Source: Podarcis erhardii (Eukaryota). Taken from it: 64,000 bases of DNA. Shown piece after piece: positions 22,066 through 36,162 of this stretch. The stretch is from the NCBI GenBank assembly GCA_964252035.1, contig OZ176208.1; one strand, 5' to 3'. The number at the start of each line of letters is the position of its first letter. Within the stretch, counting starts at the first letter, position 1. A program made the translations under genes and the position numbers. The notes under the pieces were generated by a model. The model was not told the origin of the DNA and made no database searches. It saw only the letters and a list, made by a program, of their open reading frames with translations.

Positions 22066-22685
22066 CAATCTTGCTGCCAATACTACCTTCTACTCCTGGT
22101 CCACCACTCGTACCCTAATGCACCAAAGTGGTAAAGCGAGTTCTCCATCAACAAATCTTTCATGTCTTCTAGCTTGAGGATGCCTAAGTTTGATACCCCC
22201 TTTCTTGGGTTTTGGTGGTCTCACTGACCCTAAGGTTATGAGTCTCATGACACTTCTCAAAACATACATAAAATATATGAGCCAGGAAGAAGCTTTGAGT
22301 CACATTATGTAGCCTAAGAAAGTGGGTAGCAGGAGATTCTGTCTGCCCAGCTTGGCAACCTTGGAAGTCAGACAATTGCGCTGAGATATAGCTGCCATTA
22401 GAAGATTCAGGATGCTTCAGACACATTAAAATTGGTGGAGTGGTGGCCATTTGCTGTATCTCTTGTCTTTATTCCATGGAGTCAGGCTTCCCTTAAGAAC
22501 AAAATTGGTGAGCACAATAATCTCAGGTGTTTGGCATCCAGGCTCCCTGACAGCTCACATTTCCATTAAAGCCCAGGAGAAGACATAATGATGTAACTCC
22601 TCCCATGGTGCTTTTCCAGATCTGGAAGTATGGGAAGCCATGGAGGCTGCAGAATGCTGGATAAATGGTTAATGAAAAGAAAAAG

Positions 22686-22900
22686 CATCTCCCACCCCCG
22701 CCGTTCTACCCGGACACTGAGGTCCAGTGCCAAGGGCCTTCTTTCGGTTTCCTCACTGCGATAAGCCAAGTTACAGGGAACCAGGCAGAGGGCTTTCTCG
22801 GTAGTGGCACCCATCCTGTGGAACACCCTCCCACCAGATGTCAAAGAGAAGAACAACTACCAGACTTGTAGAAGAAGCCGCCCTGAGTGGCGGCTGGAAT
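22686..22900 (+). mobile_element. L2-like LINE 3' fragment
   Basis: Reverse complement of the segment at 52340-52520 and 60990-61150 ('ggacactgaggtccag..agggcctt..cctcactgc..gttacaggga..gatgtcaa'). Confidence 0.8.
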
Positions 22901-24631
22901 TCTAAAGTAATTTTAAAGCACACTGTGAATGTGGCAGAAGATAGAATCCTCTTTTGTGGGGAAGAAAAACTTTTTGGGAAACTGGTGGACAGATTTTGGC
23001 ATGGGATTACTCAACATCTAATTATGAAGGCAAATCAGAATAAGGGCAGTGCTTAATTCCCTCATTCTGGAGCATTATGTACAAAACAATGGCGCTTGAT
23101 GGGTATTGGGAGTGCAGTTTGTGCCACTGATCCATACACCTCATATTTCACACCTGTTCATGCCTTTGTCCCCCCCCCCCCCCATTGTCAAAATGCCACC
23201 TAATGTTGCACCTTAAGAACAGGGTGCTGGTGTTTGGGCTAGGCTGGGTATGTGGAATCTTGTCTCCAGCCTCATTTTCTCCACACACCAGTGCTCTATG
23301 CATCACTTTACATAAATGACAGCAAATACCACAACTGAAGCCTATAAGAGAGTTGTCTATATGGGCTTCTGAAGATCTTACCTAACCGATGTTTGAAATG
23401 AATATCATTCATCACACAATTACACTTTTCCAAGGTTGAGTATTCTTATTATATTTAAAAATAATTATACACAATGAGTATGGTTCACTTTCCTGTCTGC
23501 AGAATCCTTTTGCACTTGTGGAGTTTCCTCCTACTCATAGAAAAGTACTAGAATACACCTGATTGTACAAAGTTGCTGGACAACAGCCATAGGTTACAAT
23601 CCTATAAACAATTATGAGGAATAAGACCCATAGAACTAAGTTGGACATAAGATTGAACTAGTGAATCTATTTAGACTGCCACTCTTTGCACTTTATTCTG
23701 CTCCAAGAATGTAGAATGCCCACAATCCCATTCTTAATGACCATACTGCTCTTTCTTATGAACTTCAGGATCATGAGCAGAGAATAGAAATTGTATCTCT
23801 GAAGTGTGAATTGGAAAAAAAGTTTCAGATTTATTGCTTTGTATCTTCTAGGTACGATGGTACTTATTTTTCCTCATGTGCCATTTAGAAGTTCTTAAAT
23901 AAAGGACTCTTATGCCTGCTAAGGGAATTGACACAGTTCACTAAAATAATTTCATTCCACTGGATAGCAAGGCATGAAAAGCTGTAGTTCATCTTTTCAT
24001 TTATACCACAGTCTGCCAGGGTATTAAATAAATTCCCCTCCCTCTTCCACTAAGTGGTTGGCATTTACTCAGTCTTCAGTGCTGAAGTTACTTTAAGTAC
24101 CGTTTGAGTTATTAACTTCCCCCCTTATTTGGATTTATATTGAAAGTTGTCATAAACTACTGCAAGTTGAAAATGGTGTCTGGAGAAATCCACGTTAAAA
24201 GCATTATTTTTTCTGAAGTATTCATCATTATTCTTGGTCTTGCAGTGGCATCCTCTGAAGCCAAAAGAAGTCCTCAAGAAGAAAATAAATCAATTATGGC
24301 AAGATTATCTCATGCTGGTTATTATATTAATATGAGAAACCCGAAAACAAAATTAGGCATCAAAGTCTAATCAATAAGTGAAAATCACTTTCTCACTTTC
24401 TTCCACTAGAAGAATGCTTATGTTCATTTATTTATTAAAAATCATTTCTATACTGCCTTTCATTTCAAGCAGAACAATAAAACAGGAAGGACACAGGACA
24501 TAACGAAATACAACACTAAAAACATATAAACATATATCAAAATTTATAAATGTGTTGGAAAAGCCAAGACAGGCAAAAGGAGGTATATCTTCACACAGTC
24601 AATAGCTAAACATCAATCAGGACAGTCAAAA

Positions 24632-24826
24632 GGGATGCGGGTGGCATTGTGGTCTAAACTACTGATCAGAAGGTCAGTGGTTTGAATGCACATGACGGGG
24701 TGAGCTCCTGTTGCTCCTAGCAGTTCAAAAGCACATCAGTGCAAGTAGATAAATAGGTACCACTGCGGTGGGAAGGTAAATGGCATTTCCGCGTGCTCTG
24801 GCACTTTTCACGGTGTCTGTGGTGAC
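24632..24826 (+). mobile_element. Sauria/Squam1 SINE, 5' part with internal deletions
   Basis: 'gggatgcgggtggcattgtggtctaaac..gacggggtgagctcc..gtgcaagtagataaataggtacc..gggaaggtaaa'. Confidence 0.85.
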
Positions 24827-25671
24827 TTTATGATATATGGTTTCTTTACACATCTACACAGCCCGAATCTGGATGAAGAATGTGCAAAGCAGTCACATCT
24901 CAAGAGGGTCCTTTTCCTACCATTGCTGTAGCCTCCAATTCCAAGAGTCCCCAAGCATCACATCTAATCCCCTCTGCAGCATAAAACCAACTGCCTGCCT
25001 TATGCTCTGCCCACCCCACCCCCGCTTGCAAAGGATACATCTTTTTCCAGTTTGCTTACCTCATAACCCAGTGCAGTTCTGGAAACCTCCCCTTCCCAAC
25101 TCTGGAACTGTATTTTGCTATTTACACTCCGCTCCCTGTGGCCAGCAGAGATTCTTTCGCCTTGGTGAAGAATTTACTAAAGCCAGGAATTAGCGGTGTA
25201 AAAATACTGGCTGGACTTGGGTTAAACTATTCTCTCCTGTGTTCCCAGTCGAGAAAAAAAAAGACCATGCTTTTGTCATATTTGCTTGCCTTGCGTCAGG
25301 GACAGTGGCATTTGCTGTCTATGAAGAAAGGTCACACTACCTGACGAGAAATAGTTACGTTATGCTTCTAAACCATCTGCACTGTCTCTTTCTTTTCTTC
25401 AGGAAACAGCAGTAAATTCTTTCTGGATCTTCCAGATATTTTTTTTAAATCTCAAACTACTTCTGGTTAACTGTAAACCGTATAGGAGAACAGACATTTC
25501 CAATATTAGATCCAGCAGCAAATATATCAATGTGGACTTGCCTGTCAGATTTGAAATGCAAATGTAAAACTTACATTGGACAGAATGTTCATTTGCATTA
25601 CAAATACATCACCTCTTCTGCATAAACAAGCATCTGATGTTAACATAAATTGCAGGGGGAAAAGAAAAATG

Positions 25672-25826
25672 NNNNNNNNNNNNNNNNNNNNNNNNNNNNN
25701 NNNNNNNNNNNNNNNNNNNNNNNNNNNNNNNNNNNNNNNNNNNNNNNNNNNNNNNNNNNNNNNNNNNNNNNNNNNNNNNNNNNNNNNNNNNNNNNNNNNN
25801 NNNNNNNNNNNNNNNNNNNNNNNNNN
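25672..25826. other. Assembly gap (155 N)
   Basis: Run of N. Confidence 1.
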
Positions 25827-25879
25827 GTTTTTGAATGCTCATAGATTATAGGTTTTTGAATCCAGAGTAATTGGCATAT

Positions 25880-26250
25880 CACAATTATATATGCATGATT
25901 TATAAAGAAATCCTATTAATTTCAGTGGAATGTGGGGATATATTCCTAATGAAAATGTATTGGTATTTTAGTACAATTTCCTTCAATGAACATTTTTTTA
26001 TACAGTTTGACTAATGTATACATTTCCGCAAGCAACTTGCCCTAATGTAATGTATCCTGTGTTATTTTCACTAACATATTCATTTTTAGGCACACCTTCC
26101 CCTAATTTATATATTTTTATAAGCATTGTTCAGTTTGAGAACTACATTGCAAAATTTGGATAAGTGTGAGTTGTTTCAGTTTGCATATTCATTTGAAAAA
26201 TGCAAATTTGCCTTTAAATGTGAACTGAATTGACTTCAATCTGCCCCTAT
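25880..26250 (+). repeat. Degenerate AT-rich interspersed repeat of unclassified family
   Basis: Recurrent 'ccctaat..atgta..tttt..gagaact(a/g)cattgcaaaatt..aaatg..actgaa' blocks, also at about 50650-50840 and 62190-62560, and on - at about 6390-6500. Confidence 0.55.
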
Positions 26251-29200
26251 TCCAAGAAGGATATTAGCATAAACCAAAAGTCTTCTGCCTAATTTAGTTG
26301 TGCCTTGAGTTTTCTTTGGGTATTGTTTTTGCAACTCTTCTGTCTGTAGGTTGTTTCTGATGCATTATATATAATTTGTTAAGTATTTCAAGTTAGTTGA
26401 CAGAAGGAAATACCCATATGGTTATTCAAGGATTTTGACTCAAAGATTATATATTCATTGAACATATTTGCTATGTTAAGCATAAAAGAGCTAATCTATT
26501 CTTATCAAAAGGTCACTTATTATTTTAGCCTTTGAATGCTTTTATATTGCTTAATTATTTTCATTTTAAAATGGCTGGGGGTTCTTATACGATTTAAATA
26601 GTCTTCTTTTTGTAAGGTCCTGCTTTATTTATTTCCAAATGCATACTCCAGTTTTGTTTATAAAAACAAACAAACCTCAAAGCAGTTTACAAAAATATAA
26701 TAAAACAGAACGAAAGCGGCTCAAATTCATAAAATAAATTTCATACAGAATTTAAGGCTATTTGGCAGAAATAGTACGTAAAGACTGACTTGAATTGAAA
26801 GCACATAGCATTCCCATTAAAAAACTTGCAGGCAATGAGAAACCGATAACAGGTTTATAAATATTTGCAAGGGATTATTTTTCACTGGTTCCCTCTGTCA
26901 CTTCAAAGGACAAAGATGGACATTTTTACCAGGAAAAGTGCAATAACGCTTGACTGTTGGAAGGGTAAACACTATTTTAATGAAAAATGGCACCAGTCTT
27001 CCACAAAAACAAACTTGAGTTTGTCCTGTGCATATTTCACATTAGATCATGCAGAACTCTTGTGATCTAACTTCCCATAATGAAACAACTAGTGAATGAA
27101 TGAATCAAGGCTAGCTTTAATCACTATCCTTTGCATTATTAAAAAAAATATCCAAAAAAGGATTACGGCATATGCTTTTGAAAAATAAGTTTTAAAAATA
27201 ATGCAAAATATACAAATCAAAGGTTGCCTCATTTCCCTTGAAATAAAGGAAGAGTTGCCATTTCTCCCAAAGGGAACTACAGGTGTTCAAATGGAGGCTT
27301 CCAACATATTTATGTATTAAAAAACCCATCTCTCTCTTGCCATCTGTCACTAAAGAAGACGAGATATAGAACAGTGGCAGACTCATGTTCAAAAGGCTGT
27401 CTTTGGGATAACAAAGAGAAAAGTTAATGGACACAGATTTACAAATTATTAATGATTTCTCTTGCCATTTTTGAAAAATGAACGCTATGCACACCGTCTC
27501 TCTTCCCAAACAGATTGCATTTTATTCCTCTGCAGTTTGTCCATCAGGCTTCACTCTGACAACATAATCCAAAACTAATCCAGAGCATTCAGTTTTCCTT
27601 GTTGGCTCTCATGCACACTGCTTAGACAAATCCTGCTACCTGTCAGCCCTCCTGTGTGTGCCAGACAGCCTGCCAGGTTAACCCCTGGGGAAAGCGAGAG
27701 ACCTACTGACTTAACCCCTACTTCCCTTCCAATAATCCACTGTAAATATGTAGCGTTAACGGGCTAACTGCGCTAATCAGGGCTGGATCTTTTAAAATCT
27801 GCTTCATACACACTCGCTAAGTAGTAAGGATCTGAGCATCACTGTTAGAAAAGGGGAAGTCAGTGCATCCAAGTATATCAGCCCCAAAGCAGCAGATGGC
27901 TAGGACACACTGAAAGGATTTAATCACTTAAAGCAGTGTGTGAAAACACATGCATCAAATTGCTAGGCCACCTAGTTGCTTATGAATCCATCTGAATTGT
28001 CAGCACAAGGTCAGGAAAAAACAATAATCCACAGAAAGCCCAAGAAGCTCTACCTTTGATGTAATTTATTCCTCCAGGTTTTGCTTCTTATAATTCACTT
28101 TTACATATATTCCCCTCCTCTGTCCAGTACAGCTCCAGCTTTAGATTTTTGAAACCTGCACTTTAAAATAAATTTCTGAAAGAACTGGCCCTTGCCATCA
28201 TAAAATTGCTTCCCTCACACATTGCTTACAATCAAAATTGCCTAGCATCTTCAAGCCTTTTTCAATTTGGAGGCCTCCTAAAATCCGAAACACACAGCAC
28301 AACTTGAGTAACAAAGACTTTTCAAAGTACTCACTCTTTATTTGGTGTTGCAGGGGGGAGACCCCAAAACAAAACACCATTGCTCCTCATTGGAATTCAA
28401 GGCACATCACTCTGTCATTCTGTGGCAGCATCAACAATCCACAGCAGAAAATAACTTGCGTAAGCACGGCATACCCGGGAGCACTTAAAAGCCCCGCTAA
28501 GCTCAGCCACATGAGATCTGTAATAAAACATTGCTCAGCTCATTTAATGATTGGAAGGCATGATGTCCAGGACTCCAGGTTAATATCTGAAGTGGGGGGA
28601 GGTAGAGTTACCCATGGGGAGGTGGTCCTGAACTCTGTCATGAACAAAAGTAGGAAGGGAAGATCTTTTGTGGCTTGTGATAAGAACATTCATTTTAACT
28701 CAATTAAATTCCTGGCAGTCTCTTGGGAGGAAGAGATGATATTGATTCTTTATATTCATATATGTGTATGTACAAATGTGCAAAACATTTTGTACAGTAC
28801 TATAAATCAGAAGTCTTTAAAAAATACTGAACACAGCAACTTTGCTATCATGATCACAAAACAAAAAGGCACTAAGAAAACAACAGCCCTCAAAAAACAT
28901 TTTCTGTTAGTATTTAATAGTATAATAGTATAGTATTTTTCATTTAACTTTTAATAAATGTGAAAAATTGTTAAGGAACATTTGCAGCACTATCATTAGT
29001 CAGATTAAGAGTATTTTTGTGCACCTTGAAAGTTTTTACAATTATATTTTCTCAAGTAAACATTAATCATTCATTCATTTTGAGGTTTATTTTGGGAATG
29101 AAAATTGAACCTTTTTTCTTGCTTTTAAGCTATTCTTCTTTTCTTTTTGAATAATATATACATATCTGGGATTTATTTTCACAGAAAGAAAGAAAAAAAA

Positions 29201-30740
29201 TAAAATGTTTCAAACCTTCTGAAACTATATATTTAATTGATTTTCAGAGGTTAATAAATATTCAGCCATACTAAATCTTAGGAAAGTGCATAAATTATTG
29301 TGTAAAAATGAACGGAATATGAGGGCTTTCTGGACAGATGTTAAATGCTTTATTTGAAAATGATGTAGGCACCATTCTGGCTATGCTATTAGAGCAAATA
29401 CCTTGGAGACATCTGTTTTCTAAACTATTATCTTTTAATAAACGTGAATTGTCCAATGTTATCCTAGGCTAAATTAAATTCATGCAGCAAAAAGAATTCT
29501 TTTGCAAAGAATAACAGATGGCAAGTTTGCTAATCAAAATGTAAAGACATATAAGAAATAAAGTGGAACTCTGAAAACTGCAGCCACAAAATAATCTTAG
29601 TCTTGGCTGCCAAAAGTTATCCAGTCTTTAGGGATGCAAAGCAAATTAATTTTGAAATAACCTCATGCTGTGGTTACCTAGGAAATGCCTCAGTTTAAAG
29701 CTAAATCTCTTTTCTTTTGTGCTTACTGTTTTGCAGTAGTTCAGCAACCAGCACAGGATTTACTGAAGAGTCATAGCAGAGCTAAGCGACATGAGTCAAT
29801 GAAACTACACATCGCAGGCATCATTATTGTTACACATTGAAATTTTCATTTCAGAGTGGTTGATAGTTTTGCTATGATAGCTGAACCACCATCCTTAAAG
29901 CTGTTTAAAAATACCAAGACTGGGCACATCTCAGTGTATTTCCACTGAATGTCGACTACTTAGGTCATTTGTTGATTATTTTTCTTCCTGACTAAGCAGC
30001 TGGGAGATGTTCTGTCAGCTATTGATCATGCAACTTATCAGCTATTCACAACATACGTCTTTGTAGCTGCTGCGAAATCTAAACAACTTGGATTCATTAA
30101 TTAACCTTCTCATATTTGGCAGGAGGGGGGAGTAAAAGTAAAAAGTATAGATGGCCTCCAAGCTGCTGTTGTTTTTAATTCCTTTTAAATGTTGACCAAA
30201 GGAGAAAAAGAAATAAAGTGCTAGTGCAAGACACAGTCTTTTGTGTGTATGGGGACATTGTGCTTGTTGGCTGTGGAAAAAAAACTCTGTATGTTCAGGG
30301 GCGATAACTTTACCACAGCCAGCTATAGGAGCCAAATATAGTAATAGGATGGCAATGTGTTCTCCTATTCAGAGGTCAGTCTCCTAGCTCAAGGCACCCT
30401 TTCTTCGAAAGGCTGACTGGCTTAAGTCCAGTTTCAACAGCACCCAGACAGCTGAACAAAGAGCAGCAAGGTCAGGAGGTTCTGAGGGTTGAGATGCAGA
30501 GCCCAAGGCCTGCTTCACATTTGGTCTCACACAAAGGCTAGAGTGGCCTCTGCAAGAAGTAGGGCTTTTTCTATAGTGTCCATAGCACTTTGAAATGCTC
30601 TCTCCCAAGAGATTCATATGGCCACCTTCCAGTCCTACTCCAGCCATTAGGCAGAGTGAGGTGGGGGCCCCAGGCAGAAATTGTGGGTGTCACAAAAAGG
30701 CAACAAATTGTTAGGTATATAACTTAGTATTGTTGAACTG

Positions 30741-31048
30741 CAGGGCTGTCTTAAGCATATGCGGCGCCGGGGGCAAAGATCTGCCCGGTGGCCCCCCCCC
30801 AGTTGCTCAGTCCCAGGTGCATAGAAGTGCAGAGCTGGCCAGCCACCTCAGGATCTTGCTGGCTTGATCGCCCCCGAACTCGTGGCGCAGAGCCACCCAC
30901 AGCAGAAGAGCCCACCACAGCACTCCAACTGACAGGCAGGCCCTTCCCCGGACCCAACTCTTGGGCCCCTGACTCTTGGCCTGGCGCCCCTGAGAGCCCG
31001 GCGCCTGGGTGCCCCGCACCGCTGGTGCCTATGGGTAAAATGGCACTG
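30741..31048. mobile_element. GC-rich MITE-like insertion (PIF/Harbinger-like ends, tentative)
   Basis: CpG/GC-rich island in AT-rich DNA. Imperfect inverted termini cagggctgtcttaagcatatg vs reverse-complemented cagtgccattttacccatagg (14/21). Confidence 0.35.
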
Positions 31049-31115
31049 GGTGTGGGGAATGTTCATGGGGTTTTCTGCTTTAGGGGCTAAAATAACTTGC
31101 CTGGTGTGGCCACTA

Positions 31116-31164
<49 letters not shown>
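31116..31164. repeat. (TAT)n microsatellite
   Basis: Direct reading. Confidence 0.98.
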
Positions 31165-33444
31165 TGTTAGTTACTTTATTTTATCCAGGGCAACCCAAAG
31201 GGATTTACAACCAAACAATATATAATGTTACTTTGGTGGAGAGAATGGCTTGAGCTGGCTCCTTCCTGATGTTGTTTTGAAGGCAAGTCAAGATTTTAAC
31301 TGTTTTAACACATGTAATTTTTGTATACTCCATTATATTGTAAATCACTTTGTGATCGGGAAGCGATTCATAAATGAATGAGCTGGTGGCCAGGCACTCA
31401 TTAAGAAGTCATTGTGCAGTTAACTTAAAGTGCAATGCTATATCTATTTCAGAAGTAAGTCCCTTTGTGTTTTATGGGTCTTACTCCCAGGTGAGTGGGT
31501 ACAGGGTAGAAATCTAGGCTTTGGTTTAGGGTTGGCATTGTGGAAAACAGGGTTCTTGTGTCTTTAACAGCTCTAGCTCCATAATCAGGACCAGCAGGAC
31601 ATAGCTGGCTTCCCACGGTGGAAAACACAAGGTTGTCCTGGGATTGCTTTCTTCAAGTTTTGGTTATGCCATGAGTCCCTTGGCAGCCATTTTATGACTG
31701 GCACCCACAGCACTCTCTCAAAAATAAAAATGCCCCCTCTATAGGTATCCCTGTAGTACCTTTTTGACTACAGGCCTAGAGTGATTCTGGCCTCCTGCCG
31801 CATTCCTGACTTATGGCTGTCTAGCCTGTGCTTTAATTCCTTCGGTGGAGGAGAGCCCATCATCTCCCAAAGCAGTCTCTTCGGTGTCATCCAGGCTACG
31901 GGCTCAAACAAGACTTGTTCCATGTCAACTCCCAGCATAAGAGTTCTGTTTGATAGACCAGAAGAGTCCTGTAAAGTTGAAATGGTACATTTTCAAATGA
32001 TATACATAAAGATATGCCATTATGTGTTAGTCTCAAGAATAATTTTATGCAGATTCTCCATGCCTTTCTATTTTATTAAATATATCTTTTGTTCTTCTAA
32101 AGAGTCATATTGCTAAAATGTGTCCTATGTAATCTGTTGATACTGAACAGGCACCTCATGCTGAACGTATGTTATAAGCGTCTGGGTTCTTGGGCTTTCT
32201 TTAATAACTTAAAGGCACATGTAAATTGTGGTACTATCAATGCATTTCCAAAAGCTAACACACACAAATAAAATATCCTTTGTCTTTTTGCAAAACTACT
32301 CTACCCTAAGTGATTATTAGAAACTTGGGGAATGTGAGCCTATTTAAACTTCAAGGCAGAATAAACAATAGATAGTATCCATCAGTCTCACTAATCATTT
32401 TGGAATGTTTTGTTAGACCCCATTTACTTTGGTCTCCTCCTTTTCAATCATGTGTGGCACTTAAAGCTCCCTTCTACAATGAAAAGTATAAGAAATGTAA
32501 CAAATGCAAGAGCTAATGTTGTACACAAATACAATATGTGCCTTATGTACAATATAACATGCTGTCACCTAATGATCCTAATATCAGCCAGGGTACAAAA
32601 GAATGTTTGCAGAAGAGTCCATGTGCAATGTGACATCCATCCGCATCTATTCCACCCTCTCTGCTGACTGGCGAACATCTCTTGAAATTTGGGTGAGCTT
32701 TGAACAAGATATCCTGGTAAAGTTTGGATCCATGGGGAGAGAGGTTCTTATGTACAACAATGAAATTCCCACTTGGTTTAGAAACCAGAAAACCCCTGAA
32801 GAAGAAAGACCTTTCAGTGCCAGATTTATGTATAAGCTAAACAAGCTATAGCTTAGGGCCCCACTCTCTTGCCCCCCCCCAAAAAAAAATTAAAGGAAAA
32901 AAAAACTGGATGTACATTTCCAAAATATAAGATAAAAAACAAATAAAATAAAACCTACATACAGCAACAGTGTTTTGTGTTGTGTAGGCTTCTATGATGT
33001 AAGTAATGGGCCCTGCCTGCTAGCCTGCTCCCTAAAATATCACTGGTTTGCTCATTTCTATATATAGGGTGCCTACATTCTGCATGGACTGGTTGCATGG
33101 CAACATGTGCAAATGGCTTTAGATACCTGTTGGTCCATAAATTACCATATAGCATATGTTCAACACAAAAAACAGTGACAATTTGTTGTTGACAAAGGAC
33201 AGCTGGACATATAAAGGGCCCCATTACCTACTCATCTGATGAGTAGCTTAGGGCCTCATCAAACCTAAATCCAGTCCTTGATCTTCTACTTAGGTCTGAA
33301 GCACTCCACTCCACTCCACATAGGTTGACTTTTGTTCCATGAATTTGTATACTTGGACATATGCTGAATCATTTAAGAGACTGGGGGGGGGGTAACATTT
33401 TTAAATCCCCTCCCTCCCTTCCTCTTGTCCTTAGGGGGGAAAGT

Positions 33445-33600
33445 GGGAGATATAGCTCAGTGATAGAGCACCTGTTTTGCTTACAGAAGGCATTGTGTTC
33501 AATCCCTGGCATTTCCGGGTAGGACTAGGAATGTTCCCTGGAGAGCTGCTGCCAGTCCGTGTAGACAACCCTGAACTCAATGGACCCATGGTCTGATTCC
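33445..33600 (+). mobile_element. Squam2-like tRNA-derived SINE
   Basis: A box 'tagctcagtgatagagc', B box 'gttcaatcc', body 'ccctggagagctgctgccagtccgtgtagacaa..gatggacc'-like. Confidence 0.75.
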
Positions 33601-33643
33601 TGTGTTGTGCCTAACTCAATTTTACTGAAAAAGTCAATTTGAG

Positions 33644-34238
33644 TCAGCCAATTGGTGCGAAAGGAGGATAGAACTTTTTTTTATGTACGCCACAACAGCA
33701 GCAAGAATACTCATCGCAAAGTATTGGAAGACACAAGATCTACCCACCCGGGAAGAATGGCAGATGAAGGTGATGGAATACATGGAACTGGCTGAGATGA
33801 CTGGCAGAATCCGGGACCAAGGAGAAGAGTCGGTGGAAGAAGATTGGGAAAAATTTAAAGTTTATCTTCAAAAATATTGCAAAATTAAGGATTGCTAGAA
33901 AGATGTTGGGAAAAGAAAATTATGTGGTTTTAGCAGAAATCACATAAAGGATTAAGTAAAAATGAATTGGCGAAAGAGAGAATGTAAAATTACAGTATAT
34001 TAAGACAAATTATTAAGATAAAAACAAGGTTGGAAGGATTTGCTGAAATAACAAATTGAATTAGAATACAAAAATGGGAGGTGTGAGGAGGTCAAGGAAA
34101 TAAGCAAAGGAAAGAAAGCTATGTAAAGGTTTGATCTGTTGTTTTTTTAATTGTTTGTATTTTTTCAGTCTTTTTTATTTTTCTTTTTTCTCTTTTTTCT
34201 CTTTGTAATCGTTAAAATTTGAATAAATATTATTTTAA
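33644..34238 (+). mobile_element. 5'-truncated L1-clade LINE (ORF2 C-terminus plus 3' UTR)
   Basis: ORF 33683-33898 'YATTAARILIAKYWK..P..EEW..' resembles the L1 ORF2 tail. T-rich UTR, AATAAA and A tail. About 16-bp TSD AAAAAGTC(A/C)ATTTGAG (33628-33643, 34239-34254). Confidence 0.85.
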
Positions 34239-35547
34239 AAAAAGTCCATTTGAGATGAGAAAAATCTCAAACATTCCCCGTAAAATCCTGGAATACTGGA
34301 GAGGATTCTATGCTCCTGCATGATATCAAATTGAAGTTGTGCTGCTTTTAAGCCCAGCAGAAATGAACTCTTTGAAGGTCTCAATGTGATCCTCATTTAT
34401 TCCAAAATATCCCCCACATCTTTCCCAATAATCCTGTAATTGCTTGCCCACTAAGATAAGGTTTGTCTTGCCACAACTTGTGCCTTCCAAAATAGCAACA
34501 GCACAGAGACGATGCTAAGCTGGCAGTGTTCCTCTCTGCTGATTATGACATTTGGTTTCTTTGCCTTCTTCACTCAATTTGCTCTAGCAGATAATCTGAT
34601 ATTTCTGCTACTCAGTGGAGAAAACTTGGCAGCTGTGGAAATCTGTGGGTCAAGCTCTGGAATGCTGTTTTCCAGCCATGGAATACACTAGTGCTTATTT
34701 TGACTCATGGGTTTTGACTCATTATAGCAATATACGCTAGATATTAATATCGCTTGCATTTTCTAGGAAGCCAAATCTGTAGAGCAAATTACATGTTTAG
34801 GATGCCTTTATCTGAGCACTACTAGTTGAACGTACTTTTTAGATTGCTTTTCAAAGCTTCATTGAAGAAACCAAATATTCAGAGCTAGAGTTTGCTCTTG
34901 TTTTGATTAAGCAGAAGGACCGTGTGTTAAATATTCCACTGCACATTCTAAATTCCTTGAACAGTCTCCCTCCCCAGGCAATCAAAGGAAATCAAAATCT
35001 TACATTTTCCTAAGTTTTCTGATGGCTCATGTAGCTGCAGCACAAGTATTCATTGCATTTCTATGAGAATTTCAGTGTGATGGAGCAACAAAGTTTCCAG
35101 ACTGGCTGTTTATTGAGCACTCACTCATGCTGATACATTTGCCCAAAACTTCCATGCAGGATGTACAATGCTACCCATTTATTGAGCATTTATCCTTAGA
35201 GGGTTGCATGGAGATTACGTGGCATTGCCAGCCAGTGGTGGCTATGTGTATTTCTCTAACTTTTTTTAGTTAGAAAAGTGATGGGATCATTGCACTAGAA
35301 AGTGTGAGCCAACTTCCAAATCTGGTGCAAATAAACAGCCCATTTGGAAGTGTCCTAAGCACTTACTGTGGAGGAATGGTTGATAAAATTATTGGGCATG
35401 TTTAATTATATAAAAATCATCACTGACATTTATTAAGGGTTGGAAACTTCCTATGGACTTTTTGTGTGAAAGATGAAACAAATTTGTAATATATGGACGT
35501 GAAGATTTAAATATCAGTTTGTAGAAGGATGATTGGAAGTTAATGAG

Positions 35548-35728
35548 TAGGGTTGCCATACATCCATTATTTCCTGGACATAGCCGGAATACTGTAGTCG
35601 GTGTCCAGGTGGAAAACACTAAAATCTGGCTGTATGTTGGCAGTGTTTGTTCTGGCAATTTCCCTTTAAATTAGCTCAAAATCTCCATTGCATATATCTA
35701 TATATCTATATATATCTATATATATCTA

Positions 35729-35759
<31 letters not shown>

Positions 35760-35877
35760 CATCTATCTATCTATCAAGAACTTTGGACAAAACTAAAAAA
35801 AGCTCCACAGCTTTGGAAAAAAAGAAAGAAAGGGTTTTTGTGTCCAGGTTTTCACTTTTTGAAATATGGCAACCCTA
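35548..35877. mobile_element. MITE with 13-bp TIRs and an internal compound microsatellite
   Basis: TAGGGTTGCCATA .. TATGGCAACCCTA; internal (atatatct)n(aact)n(atct)n at about 35690-35775. Confidence 0.75.
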
Positions 35878-36125
35878 TTAATGAGTGAACACTATATTTA
35901 GCTGCAGGACAAAGAACTAGAAATCTTTCTAGCTTTCTTAATTTCTCCCCACCCCCTTCTCTTCTTTTGCTCTTCCTACCTTTCTTTATTTCCCTTTTAC
36001 TTTTTTCTTCTTCTTTCCTCCGCCGTTCCTTTCTAGATAAAACATCTCTTTTATTTTTTATTTATTATAAAAAATACTTTGTGTTGGGTATGAACTTTTG
36101 TATATCTTTGAACAAATATCTATCA

Positions 36126-36162
36126 CCTACCTACCTACCTACCTACCTACCTACCTACCTAC
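36126..36162. repeat. (CCTA)n microsatellite
   Basis: Direct reading. Confidence 0.95.

Noticed and set aside
25576-25882. ORFs spanning N runs (also 62812-63252)
   Set aside because: Artefacts of translating assembly gaps.
28238-28933. 231-aa ORF, the longest outside the retrotransposon
   Set aside because: Starts at TTG, has no domain-like composition and runs into AT-rich low-complexity DNA; likely chance.
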